DNA from: an uncultured Verrucomicrobiae bacterium
GTDB taxonomy: Bacteria > Verrucomicrobiota > Verrucomicrobiia > Chthoniobacterales > Chthoniobacteraceae
Direction of reading: 5' to 3'
Length of the DNA: 57,317 bases
Assembly: GCA_963836755.1 (NCBI GenBank)
Contig: CAWIKF010000004.1
Coordinates: 1 to 57,317, forward strand
Made by a program: the position numbers and the translations under genes. The notes beneath the pieces were generated by a model that ran no database searches, had not been told where the DNA came from, and worked only from the letters and a program-made list of their open reading frames with translations. Shown here in pieces: positions 41,047-50,451 of this stretch (the first letter of the stretch is position 1; every line of letters starts with the position of its first letter).

Positions 41047-42048
41047 ATGAACGAAACTGAAATGCGCCTCGATCCGCTACGACAGACGTGGACGGTTTTT
41101 TCGCGCGCGCGCCTCTCGAAGCCGCCGTTTTTTGAGCGCGAGAAAACAAGCGCGAAGGGCTTCAGCCCTTTCTCCGCGGGCAATGAGCGCTACACGCCGC
41201 CGGCGATTTTTTCAGCAGAGCGTGGCGACGACTGGCAGGTGCGCGTGGTGCCAAATCGCGCGCCGGCGCTGCGCGTCGAGGGCGATACGCAAAGGCGCGC
41301 GGACGGATTTTACGACCGCATGGATGGTGTGGGTGCGCACGAAATCATCGTGGAAAATCCGGGCCCGGAGCCGCTCGAGGACTTGCCGCTGGCGGCGATC
41401 GGTCAGGTGATCCATGCGTGGAAATCGCGCATGGTCGATCTGCTGCGCGACACGCGGATGCGCGCTTTTTTCATCGTGAAAGATGTCGGCGAACCCGCGG
41501 GCGCGCGCGTGCCGCACGCGTTAAGCCAATTAATCGCGATGGCTGTGTTACCAGGTTCACTGCGGCAAAAATTGGAGGTCGCGCGCGATTTTTTTGAACG
41601 CAAAAAGCGCTCGATTTTTGAAGACATTTTGAGTGAGGAAGTGCGCGCCGCGACTCGGCTGGTTTATGAAAACAACGGCTTCGCCGCATTTTGCCCATAT
41701 GCCGCGCGCACGCCGTTTGAGATCGCGATTTACCCGAAGCGGCAGTGCGCGGATTTTCACGGCGTGAGCGATCCGGAAATCGCGCAGCTCGCCGACGCCC
41801 TGCAAAGGGCACTGCGCAAACTTTCACGCGCACTCGACGCGCCGGCCTATCAGCTCATGCTTTTCACGGCGCCGACGCGCACCGCGCGCCGCGATCATTG
41901 GAACACGCTCGACGTCGATTTTCGCTGGCACATCGAGATCGTGCCGCGGCTGTTTCACACCAGTGCATTCGAGCTCGGCACCGGCTGCGCGCTTAACACT
42001 GTCTGGCCGGAAAGCGCTGCGGAATATCTGCGAAAAATCGAATGCTGA
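41047..42048 (+). CDS. GalT-like (HIT-superfamily) nucleotidyltransferase homolog with a degenerate active site
   Basis: E.R.DPL...W, VRVVPN..PAL, GVGAHEIIVE, WHIEIVPRL, FELGTG. The HxHxQ motif reads HALSQ. Confidence 0.8.
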   Translation: MNETEMRLDPLRQTWTVFSRARLSKPPFFEREKTSAKGFSPFSAGNERYTPPAIFSAERGDDWQVRVVPNRAPALRVEGDTQRRADGFYDRMDGVGAHEIIVENPGPEPLEDLPLAAIGQVIHAWKSRMVDLLRDTRMRAFFIVKDVGEPAGARVPHALSQLIAMAVLPGSLRQKLEVARDFFERKKRSIFEDILSEEVRAATRLVYENNGFAAFCPYAARTPFEIAIYPKRQCADFHGVSDPEIAQLADALQRALRKLSRALDAPAYQLMLFTAPTRTARRDHWNTLDVDFRWHIEIVPRLFHTSAFELGTGCALNTVWPESAAEYLRKIEC

Positions 42049-42052
42049 CGCG

Positions 42053-42322
42053 ATGACGGCCCGGCAGGTTTTTTACGAGGGACATGTGCAAGGCGTCGGA
42101 TTTCGCTATCGCGTGCGCGAGATTGCAAAAGGATTTGATGTCGCCGGCAGCGTGAAAAATTTGAACGATGGTCGCGTCGAGTTGCAGGCGAGTGGCGAGG
42201 ATGCGGAAGTGCGCGCGTTTTTGATGGCGATCGATGAGAGCGAACTCGGGTCGCTGATTAAAAAAACCGAGGAGCACGATCTGCCGGAGCCGTGCGCGAG
42301 CGGATTTCGCATTGTTTCTTGA
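42053..42322 (+). CDS. acyP: Acylphosphatase
   Basis: GHVQGVGFR, G.VKNL.DGRVE. Confidence 0.93.
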   Translation: MTARQVFYEGHVQGVGFRYRVREIAKGFDVAGSVKNLNDGRVELQASGEDAEVRAFLMAIDESELGSLIKKTEEHDLPEPCASGFRIVS

Positions 42323-43171
42323 ATGGCTGAGCCGGCGATTTCGATTCGCAACCTGACGAAGGTTTATCCGATTCCGTTTCGGCGCGAGCGTGTGATTGCG
42401 GTGCGCGATTTGTCGCTCAATGTCGAGCCGGGGCAGGTTTACGGACTGCTCGGGCCGAATGGCTCCGGCAAAAGCACGACGATGAAAATCGTGCTCGGGC
42501 TCGTGCCGCCGACGTCTGGCAGCACGAAAATTTTTGGCCAGGAAAGTTCGTTGGTTGAGAGTCGCGAGGAAGTGGGTTTCCTGCCGGAGAATCCGTATTT
42601 TTACAAATTTCTGACTGGCGAGGAGACGCTGCATTTCTATGGAAAAATCTGCGGACTGCGCGGCGCGGCGCTGCGCGAACGTGCGAACGAACTGCTGTCG
42701 CTCGTAAAACTCGAGCATGCGCGCGACCGGCGACTCGGTGGCTATTCAAAAGGGATGCTGCAACGCATCGGTCTCGCTCAGGCGCTGGTGCAGCACCCGC
42801 GCCTCCTCGTGCTCGATGAACCGACCGCCGGCGTCGATCCAGCGGGCTCGCGCGAGATTCGCGACTTGATTTTGGATTTCAAAAAACGCGGCATCACTGT
42901 GCTACTTTGCTCGCATCTGCTCGGGCAGGTGCAGGAAATTTGCGACCGGATTGGCATCCTGCATCAAGGTGTGCTCGTGCGCGAAGGCCGGCTCGAGGAG
43001 CTGATCTCCATCGAAAACCAGACTGAGCTGATCCTCGAGAACTCTTCGCCGGAATTGCTGCGCGAGATCGAAAATCTCGTCGCAAAATCGAGCGCGCGTA
43101 TCTTGGAAACGCGCAAGCCGCAGACGACGCTCGAGCGATTTTTCCTGGAGGTGACGAGCGACAAAAAATGA
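42323..43171 (+). CDS. ABC transporter ATP-binding protein
   Basis: GPNGSGKST, YSKGMLQR, LDEPT, SH. Confidence 0.95.
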   Translation: MAEPAISIRNLTKVYPIPFRRERVIAVRDLSLNVEPGQVYGLLGPNGSGKSTTMKIVLGLVPPTSGSTKIFGQESSLVESREEVGFLPENPYFYKFLTGEETLHFYGKICGLRGAALRERANELLSLVKLEHARDRRLGGYSKGMLQRIGLAQALVQHPRLLVLDEPTAGVDPAGSREIRDLILDFKKRGITVLLCSHLLGQVQEICDRIGILHQGVLVREGRLEELISIENQTELILENSSPELLREIENLVAKSSARILETRKPQTTLERFFLEVTSDKK

Positions 43172-44046
43172 CGCCGGCGAAGCACAAAATTTTCTCGCCC
43201 GCGCGCATCGGCGCGATCGCCAGCAACACGCTGCTTGAGCTCGTGCGGCTGAAAGTTTTTTATTTTTTGCTGATCTTCGCGCTCATCTTGATCGGATCTT
43301 CGGTCTTCATCGTCCGCTTCACATTTGAGGAGCAGTTTCAGATGTTAAAAGCGTTCGCACTCGGTGCGATTTCGATTTTCACCTGGCTGCTCGCCACGCT
43401 GCCGACGGCGATGCTGCTGCCGAAGGACGTCGAGGATCGCACGCTTTACACGATCCTCGCCAAGCCGGTGCCGCGCTTTGAATACCTTATCGGCAAGCTC
43501 CTCGGCGTGCTTGTGTTGCTACTGATCACGACGGCTGTGATGAGCGTGATGTTCATCGGTGCGCTTTATTTTCGCGAGCAACAGGCGATCGCCGAGACGA
43601 TGAAGACGACGCCGCCGGAGCAGATCGCGGAGACGGTCCGTGCTCTGAAGGCGAACGCTCTTTCCGTGAGTCTCGTGCCTGCTGTGGTCATGATTTATTT
43701 GAAAGCCGCGATCTTTGCTTCGCTCACGCTGTTCATTTCCACCTATGCCTCGTCGTGGATTTTCACGATCATGATTTCGGTCTCGATCTACGTGATCGGT
43801 CATCTGCAATCGACGGCGCGCGAGTATTGGATGGCTGGTGAAAACGCGGGCCCGCTGACCAAGATCTTTCTCGCAATCATCTCGCTGATTTTTCCCGATC
43901 TGCAGTTGTTCAACCTCGTCGATGACATCATCGCTGGAAACGCGATTCACGCGGAGATGTTTTGGAGAACGGCGGGCCTCGGCGGATTATATTGCGGGGT
44001 GTATTTGTTGGTTGCCTATTTCGTGTTTGCGGGGAAGGAGCTCTGA
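43168..44046 (+). CDS. ABC-2-type permease
   Basis: About six TM helices; DVEDRTLYTILAKPVPR..Y..GK. Confidence 0.88.
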   Translation: MTPAKHKIFSPARIGAIASNTLLELVRLKVFYFLLIFALILIGSSVFIVRFTFEEQFQMLKAFALGAISIFTWLLATLPTAMLLPKDVEDRTLYTILAKPVPRFEYLIGKLLGVLVLLLITTAVMSVMFIGALYFREQQAIAETMKTTPPEQIAETVRALKANALSVSLVPAVVMIYLKAAIFASLTLFISTYASSWIFTIMISVSIYVIGHLQSTAREYWMAGENAGPLTKIFLAIISLIFPDLQLFNLVDDIIAGNAIHAEMFWRTAGLGGLYCGVYLLVAYFVFAGKEL

Positions 44047-44049
44047 GTC

Positions 44050-44814
44050 GTGCGCCACATTCTCGTCGCGATCACCCTCCTGCTCTTTGGCGCGGGGAAA
44101 TTGCAGTTCGAGCAGCGGCTGACGGAAGAACATCGCGCAGCTTTTTTTCACGGCGCGAAACTGAACCTCGACTTGCTGCAGCGGATTCGGCTCAACAGTT
44201 TCATCGCAGCCCTGAGCGGCCTGCGCGCGCTGGTGGCTGACGTTCTTTGGATCGAGGCGCACGCCGCGTGGGAGCGGACGGAATGGGGGCGGATGGCGCT
44301 GATTTTTGACAACGTCACGGCGTTGCAGCCGCGCAATTTGATGTTCTGGGACATGGCCGGCTGGCACATGGCGTGGAATGCGAGCGTGGCCGCCCGCCAG
44401 AATCCGAAGCAGCCGCGCGAGGCGCTTCGGATCAAGGCGCAGCACGAATATTTCCTGCTCGGCAAAGATTTTTACGAGCGTGGAATCTCGAACAATCCCG
44501 ACCGTTATTTGCTGCACGACCGGCTCGGTTTGCTGCTGCGTGACAAACTCGGCGACCATTGTGGCGCCGCGCGCGAATACGATCTCGCGTCGCAATATCC
44601 CGACGCGCCGGAATACGAAAAGCGCTTTGCCGCGTATGAGCTTTCGTATTGCGCGGGCCACGAACGAGCGGCTTACGACCGGCTGCTGGCGCTCTACAAG
44701 ATGGGAAAAAAAGAATGGCTGCCGACGCTGCTCAAGCGTCTCCAGTTTTTACAGGAAGAATTACATGTCCCGCCGGAGCAAAAAGTCTATATTCCGCCGG
44801 AAAAAAAAGCCTGA
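44050..44814 (+). CDS. Hypothetical helical (TPR-like) protein associated with the ABC transporter
   Basis: In the operon; GLRALVADVLWI, LQP, W...WHMAWN, GISNNP. Confidence 0.75.
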   Translation: MRHILVAITLLLFGAGKLQFEQRLTEEHRAAFFHGAKLNLDLLQRIRLNSFIAALSGLRALVADVLWIEAHAAWERTEWGRMALIFDNVTALQPRNLMFWDMAGWHMAWNASVAARQNPKQPREALRIKAQHEYFLLGKDFYERGISNNPDRYLLHDRLGLLLRDKLGDHCGAAREYDLASQYPDAPEYEKRFAAYELSYCAGHERAAYDRLLALYKMGKKEWLPTLLKRLQFLQEELHVPPEQKVYIPPEKKA

Positions 44815-45536
44815 TGCGTTTTGCAATTTTCGGTGACATTCATTCCAATCTCGAAGCTCTCGAGGCCGTGCTGGCTGATGCGCGCGACGCCGGCTGCACG
44901 CATTACGTCTGCCTCGGCGACGTCGTCGGCTACAATGCAAACCCGCACGAGTGCGTGGAAATCGTGCGTTCGCTCGAGTGCCCGGTGGTGAAAGGAAATC
45001 ACGACGAGCAGGCGTCGATCGAGACCGACCTCGATGGATTCAATCCGCTCGCCGAGGAAGCGATCAACTGGACGCGGGAGCACCTCGCAGAGGAGGACAA
45101 AGTCTGGCTCCGCGACCTGCGCATGGTGCGGCAGGTTCGCGATTTCACGATCGTCCACGCCACGCTCGATACGCCCGGCAAATGGGGCTACGTCTTTAAC
45201 CAGCTCGATGCCACCGCGAGCTTCAACTACCAGCACACGAACATTTGTTTTTACGGCCACACGCACGCCCCGCGCGCCTACGTCCGGGATACGACCGTGA
45301 AAAGTGTGCCGCTCGACCAGCTCCGCATCGAGCCTCGCAAAAAGTATTTCATCAATGTCGGCAGCGTCGGCCAGCCGCGCGATGGCGACTGGCACGCAGC
45401 TTATTGCATTTTCCACACCGACCATCACACCGTGGAATTGCGCCGCATCGAATACGACATTTACACCGCGCAGGATAAAATCGTGGAAGCAGGCCTCCCG
45501 CAACGGCTCGCAGACCGCCTCGCGCAGGGGAAATAA
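44814..45536 (+). CDS. Metallophosphoesterase
   Basis: DIHSN, GDVVGY, GNHD, GHTH, NVGSVGQPRDG. Confidence 0.94.
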   Translation: MRFAIFGDIHSNLEALEAVLADARDAGCTHYVCLGDVVGYNANPHECVEIVRSLECPVVKGNHDEQASIETDLDGFNPLAEEAINWTREHLAEEDKVWLRDLRMVRQVRDFTIVHATLDTPGKWGYVFNQLDATASFNYQHTNICFYGHTHAPRAYVRDTTVKSVPLDQLRIEPRKKYFINVGSVGQPRDGDWHAAYCIFHTDHHTVELRRIEYDIYTAQDKIVEAGLPQRLADRLAQGK

Positions 45537-45537
45537 T

Positions 45538-46518
45538 CTGTCGCCTATTCTCGCCGCCGCTCGCTCCGTGCTTATCGTCAAGCCGAGTTCGCTCGGCGAC
45601 GTCGTGCACACGCTGCCGGCGGTTCATGCGCTGAAAATCGCGCGGCCCGAGCTGAAAATTACGTGGCTCGTGAACACGGAATGGGCGCCGCTGCTCGCCG
45701 AAAATCAAGACGTGGAGCGGGTCATCAAATTTCCGCGCGGCGAATTTCGCGGCATGCGCGGATGGCTGCGCATTCCCGGATGGTTAAAAAGTGTAACACA
45801 ACAGAAACACGACCTCGCGCTCGATTTCCAAGGTCTCACCCGCAGCGCGCTGTTGGCGCGAAAGTTGGCCGCACGCGTCCATTGCATGGGCGATGCGGAA
45901 TGGATTCCACGCGTTCTTGCGCAACGCGTAGTGCCCGCGAATAAAACATCGGAACACGCCGTCGAGCGTTATCTGCGCCTCGTTGCCGACCTCGGCGTGA
46001 CCATCGAACCGCCGCTTCAGTTTCCGCTGCCGGCCGGCGAAAAGCCGCGCGGATTTAATTTCGACTATCCGTTTTTGCTGCTGCATCCGTTTTCTCGCGG
46101 TGAAAACAAATCGCTTGCGGAAGCTGATGTGAAGCAGCTTTGCGAGCTGCTGGCGCCGCTGCCAATCGTTGTCGCCGGCCGCACGAATTCGAAAATCCAA
46201 CTGCCGTCAAACTGCATCGATCTTTTAAATCAAACTTCGCTCGCACAGTTGATCTGGCTCATCCGCAACGCGCATTTTACCGCCAGCGTGGACAGCGGTC
46301 CGATGCACATCGCCGCCGCGATCACGCCGCGTTTGCTCAGCATTCACACTTGGACAAACCCACGCATCGTCGGTCCGTATCAGCCCGAGGCGTGGGTCTG
46401 GAAAAACGCGCGGATCACCAAAGTTCGCGATTTGCCGATGCCTGCGGATCAAGGTTGGAAGCCATTCTCCAGCGAAAATCTCCCCGCGCTTGCCGAGTTT
46501 TTGCGGTCGCAGTTTTAG
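45538..46518 (+). CDS. GT9 heptosyltransferase (WaaC-like); start uncertain (CTG 45538 or GTG 45568)
   Basis: IVKPSSLGDVVH.LP, DFQGL.RS, DSGPMHIAAA. Confidence 0.88.
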   Translation: MSPILAAARSVLIVKPSSLGDVVHTLPAVHALKIARPELKITWLVNTEWAPLLAENQDVERVIKFPRGEFRGMRGWLRIPGWLKSVTQQKHDLALDFQGLTRSALLARKLAARVHCMGDAEWIPRVLAQRVVPANKTSEHAVERYLRLVADLGVTIEPPLQFPLPAGEKPRGFNFDYPFLLLHPFSRGENKSLAEADVKQLCELLAPLPIVVAGRTNSKIQLPSNCIDLLNQTSLAQLIWLIRNAHFTASVDSGPMHIAAAITPRLLSIHTWTNPRIVGPYQPEAWVWKNARITKVRDLPMPADQGWKPFSSENLPALAEFLRSQF

Positions 46519-47774
46519 GCTTTCACCCGCTCGATCTCTGCGCCGAGCGCGTTGAGTTTGTCGTCGATCATTTCGTAGCCGCGATCGATGTGATAGACGC
46601 GGTTCACTTCCGTCACGCCCTCCGCCTGCAGTCCCGCGAGCAGCAGCGCCGCCGATGCGCGGAGGTCGCTCGCCATCACCGGCGCGCCGCTCAGGCGATC
46701 TACGCCGTGAATGATCGCCGTCGCATTTTCGAGGTTGATATTTGCCCCCATGCGCTTGAGCTCCGAGACGTGCATGAAGCGCTGCGGAAAAATGTTCTCC
46801 GTGATCGTGCTGATGCCGCTTGTTTTACAAAGCAGCGCACACATTTGCGCCTGCATGTCCGTCGGGAAACCCGGATACGGCTCGGTGACGAGTTCCATCG
46901 GTCGCGGCGATGGCGTGCCGTCGATCTTCAGGGAATCGCAGTTGCTTTCGATGCGATAGCCTGAATTTTGCAGCGCCGTGATCGCGGCGGTGAGATGACT
47001 CGGCTCCACGCGCTTGAGCGTGACCTCCTTGCCCGCGATCGCAGCGGCCACGAGAAATGTTCCGGCCTCGATGCGATCCGGAATCACCGCGTGCTCCGCG
47101 CCGTGCAATTCCTTCACGCCCTCGATGATGATTCGCCGTGTTCCTGCGCCTTCGATTTTTGCGCCCATCGCGTTGAGGAAATTCGCGAGATCGACGACCT
47201 CGGGCTCTTCTGCGGCGCCATCGATCACGGTGGTGCCGTCGGCGAACACCGCGGCCATCATCACGTTGTCCGTGCCGAGCACGGTCGAGCCAAATTTGCC
47301 GCGCAGCGGAATCACCGCGCCGGTCAGCTTTGGCGCAAAAACTTTGACGTTGCCGCTCTCCACGCGGACCGCCGCGCCGAGCGCCTCGAAGCCTTTCAAA
47401 TGCAAATCGATCGGCCGGTCGCCGATCACGCATCCGCCCGGCAACGACACCGTCGCCTCCATCTCGCGCCCGAGCAGCGGCCCGAGCACGCAGACCGACG
47501 CGCGCATTTTCCGCACAAGTTCATACGGCGCCTGCGTCCCGATTTTCTCCGCCTTCACCGTCACGGTCCCGCTCGCCCGCTCCACCTGCGCGCCGAGATG
47601 CGACAAAATTTGCAGCATGTAATGGATGTCGCTGAGGTCCGGCACGTGATGGATCACGCACTCGTCGCGCGTCAGCAGCGTGGCCGCGAGGATCGGCAGC
47701 GCCGAGTTTTTGGAGCCGCTGATCTTGACCGTGCCGGATAAAGCGCGGCCGCCGTGAACGAGAATCTTATCCAT
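46515..47774 (-). CDS. murA: UDP-N-acetylglucosamine 1-carboxyvinyltransferase
   Basis: [51 protein letters not shown]. Confidence 0.97.
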   Translation of the reverse strand: MDKILVHGGRALSGTVKISGSKNSALPILAATLLTRDECVIHHVPDLSDIHYMLQILSHLGAQVERASGTVTVKAEKIGTQAPYELVRKMRASVCVLGPLLGREMEATVSLPGGCVIGDRPIDLHLKGFEALGAAVRVESGNVKVFAPKLTGAVIPLRGKFGSTVLGTDNVMMAAVFADGTTVIDGAAEEPEVVDLANFLNAMGAKIEGAGTRRIIIEGVKELHGAEHAVIPDRIEAGTFLVAAAIAGKEVTLKRVEPSHLTAAITALQNSGYRIESNCDSLKIDGTPSPRPMELVTEPYPGFPTDMQAQMCALLCKTSGISTITENIFPQRFMHVSELKRMGANINLENATAIIHGVDRLSGAPVMASDLRASAALLLAGLQAEGVTEVNRVYHIDRGYEMIDDKLNALGAEIERVKA

Positions 47775-48623
47775 AGGTTGCGAAGACGAATCTATTTACG
47801 CCGTTGTAATCGGCTTTGCATTGTATTTGTCCGTAGCCCATCTCGCGCAAAAAATCCATGACCGGCTGCGCATGCGAATGCCCGACCTCCAGCGCGATTT
47901 TTCCCTGCGGCTGCAAATGCGCGCGCGCCTCGTCCGCAAATCGCCGGATCAACTCCGCGCCGTCCGCGCCGCCGTCGAGCGCTCTGCGTGGATCGTGCCG
48001 CACCTCGCGCGTCAAAGTTTGTAAAACATCGGTTTCGATATAAGGCAGATTCGCCACGATCAAATCGAAGCGCTCCTCCGCGAGCTGCGCGAGCAGGTCG
48101 CTTTCGAGAAACCGCACGCGCGTTTCAAGGCCGAGCCGCGCCGCATTCTCGCGCGCGAGCGCCAGCGCTTCCGGCGACACATCCACCGCCGTCACATCGG
48201 CCGCCGGCCATTCCGCCGCGAGCGTCAGCGCGATCACTCCGCTGCCCGTGCCGACATCGAGCACCCGCTTTTCCGCCGCATTCAAACCCTGCGCAATCCG
48301 CGAGCAAAATCTCGCACAACCGCTCCGTCTCCGGCCGCGGAATCAGCGCGCGTTTATCCGACAACAAAAATGCGTCCGCAAAACTCCACCGTCCCGAGCA
48401 AATGCTGCAACGGCTCACCCGCCGCGCGGCGCCGCACCAGCTCGCGCAGCGGCGCCAATTGCGACTCCGAAAGCGGCGTCTCGAATTCCAGATACAGCTC
48501 CAGCCGATTTTTTTTCCCCAGCACATGCGCGAGCAAATGCTCGGCATTGAGCCGCGCGCTCTCGACGCCATTCTTCGCAAAATATCCAGTCGTCGCGGTC
48601 AAGACCTCGAGCACAGTTTTCAT
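47767..48623 (-). pseudogene. prmC: Release factor glutamine methyltransferase PrmC/HemK split over three frames by two +1 frameshifts (real or sequencing error)
   Basis: Frame [22 protein letters not shown]. Frame [13 protein letters not shown]. Frame C: VLDVGTGSG..ANLPY..ALDGG.DG. Shifts near 48365-48371 and 48283-48289. Confidence 0.85.
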
Positions 48624-48699
48624 CGGGGCACTCAAGCGCAGTCACCATGCCGTCTCTCCGTCCGCAGCCCAACAGGAATTTTTCGGCTGTCATGGTTTT

Positions 48700-48793
48700 G
48701 CCACGGATGGACACCGCTGAAACACAGATGCGGAAAAACCAAGGAGCGCCGTGAGCAATCCGTATCCGTGTTTCACCCGTGTGCATTTGTCGC
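48700..48793. repeat. Imperfect 30-bp inverted repeat (REP-like CACGGAT/CACAGAT type)
   Basis: GCCACGGATGGACACCGCTGAAACACAGAT (48700-48729) vs ATCCGTGTTTCACCCGTGTGCATTTGTCGC (48764-48793): 23/30 complementary. Confidence 0.7.
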
Positions 48794-48842
48794 AAATGCC
48801 GGGTGCCGGCCGTCGTCGGCCTGGTGGAGCGAATTTCAGAAT

Positions 48843-48975
48843 TCAGCTCACCAAAATCGTCGCCGGATCGCTCCACGCGCTCGCGCCATTCGTTCCGATC
48901 ACGCGAACCCGCACCCAAACGTCTTTGGCGCGAGGCAGGCCAGTGAGCACCATCGCGCGGGAATTCGGGCCGGAT
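48843..48975 (-). pseudogene. 3' fragment of a fibronectin type III domain gene
   Basis: LTGLPRAKDVWVRVRVIGTNGASAWSDPATILVS matches the FN3 C-terminal pattern L.GL......RVR.....G.S.WS. Confidence 0.6.
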
Positions 48976-49416
48976 AGAGATGAATTCAATCGCCTCCACA
49001 TAAGTCGAGGGCGGTTGATGGTAGATAAGAAGCCCACTTGCCGGAAGCTGAGCGCCGAATCCTGCCCCCGCAATCATCAGCATTCCCAAAGAGCATGCGC
49101 GTTTTCATCAGCCGGATATTTTTACACACTGTGAGGACCAAAGGACAGCGACTTTCGCAGCATCAGGAACGGGAACGGCTCCGGCTCATCGTGAGCTATC
49201 GCAGCAGTTGCTCCGCCGATGGAGCGAGCGAGCTGGACAAATGGCGTAAGACTTTTCCCATGAAAACGCCAAGCCCGCGAGGAAAGCGAAGAAGCCGATG
49301 CGCGAAGTCACGTTGAGCGTGCGGCAAGTCGCCCGGCACAGCGCGCTTGATAAAGTTCGTGATCGAGAGCACGGACACGGCGCGATTGGTGGAGGAGTTT
49401 TCCAAATCGCCTTCCG

Positions 49417-49575
49417 TCAGCGATTACATGGCATGGGAAGGTCCTTCACGATCTGAATGTAGTCCTTGAGCGATTTTGAGGGATTTTCGGCGCGCCAGGA
49501 GATGGTGGACAACGGTCGAAATGTGACGCCTTCATGCGGCAGTCCGGTAACCTGTTCCGGCATCAAGGCCACGCG
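49417..49575 (-). pseudogene. 3' fragment of a LysR-family regulator
   Basis: VALMPEQVTGLPHEGVTFRPL..ISWRAENPSKSLKDYI resembles the end of a LysR substrate-binding domain, with an apparent internal deletion. Confidence 0.6.
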
Positions 49576-49652
49576 GTGGGATTCGGAAGGGCAGGCTTCT
49601 CGGAAAGAGGTGGCGTGGCCGCAGCGCCCTTCGTCTTTGCGCCGTTGAGGTG

Positions 49653-49914
49653 GAGATAGGTGTAGCCTTTGAGGCCGCGCTCGAAGTTTGCTAGCAGTTT
49701 TCATGGCGTCGTTCGGCTTCAGGCGGTCGCTTTTGATCGCGGCATCGACCTGGATTTTGACGAGGCGGATCAATTCGTTCTGGTTCCATTGCGTGAGCGC
49801 GAGCACTTCGCCGATGGTGCTCCCCTCGATGGTTCCCTCGATGTAGAAGCCGTCGTCGTCGTCGAGAAAGACGTGCGCTTCGTTGACGCGGCCGAAGAGG
49901 TTGTGCAGCTCGCC
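49653..49914 (-). pseudogene. speA: 3' fragment of biosynthetic arginine decarboxylase
   Basis: GELHNLFGRVNEAHVFLD..GFYIE...GSTIGEVL...; after a frameshift at an A-run (~49700) continues LLANFERGLKGYTYL. HNLFG and GYTYL are SpeA C-terminal signatures. Confidence 0.8.
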
Positions 49915-50451
49915 CTTCCCTTCCCAATCCGAGCGGATAAGAAATTCGATTTAAAGGCGCGGAAGACCGCAGCCAAGAGATTTACGGGTGCCGCGGAAAA
50001 AAGAGCCAAAATGGAAGCGGTTAAGAAGCAGTTGGACGGGCTTTTTATTAGTTATCTTCAACACACTAAGATTTAGAGATGGAATGCGCAGCGACCGCGG
50101 GGTTGAGGAGACGGCGGCGGCGATGGCCGCGAAGAAGGCTTTGACGGGCGAAGAGGAAGCCGAGCTGGCGGCGCTGTGGAAGCGGCGGCTGGGCCTTGCG
50201 AGCGAGTTTACTCGTATTCGCTCGAAGATCTCGACCCGGCGCGCGAGGCGATTGGAGGTTTCCACGTCGATGAGCACGAATACCAGATGGGACTGCTCCG
50301 GCATCGCCGCGGGAGGAAGGAAGCGTTCGGCTGTTTTTCGACAACTGCTTGCGGATAAAGTGACGCGCTTGCCGTTGACGAAAGCGAAAAGCGTCGCTGG
50401 ATTCTTGCCTCGTCGGGAGCTAGCTTAACGCGGAATAATCAGCCGCTCGAC

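Noticed and set aside
48283..48371. Programmed frameshifting in prmC
   Set aside because: It would need two successive shifts, and no canonical slippery site or stimulator is seen; error or decay is simpler.
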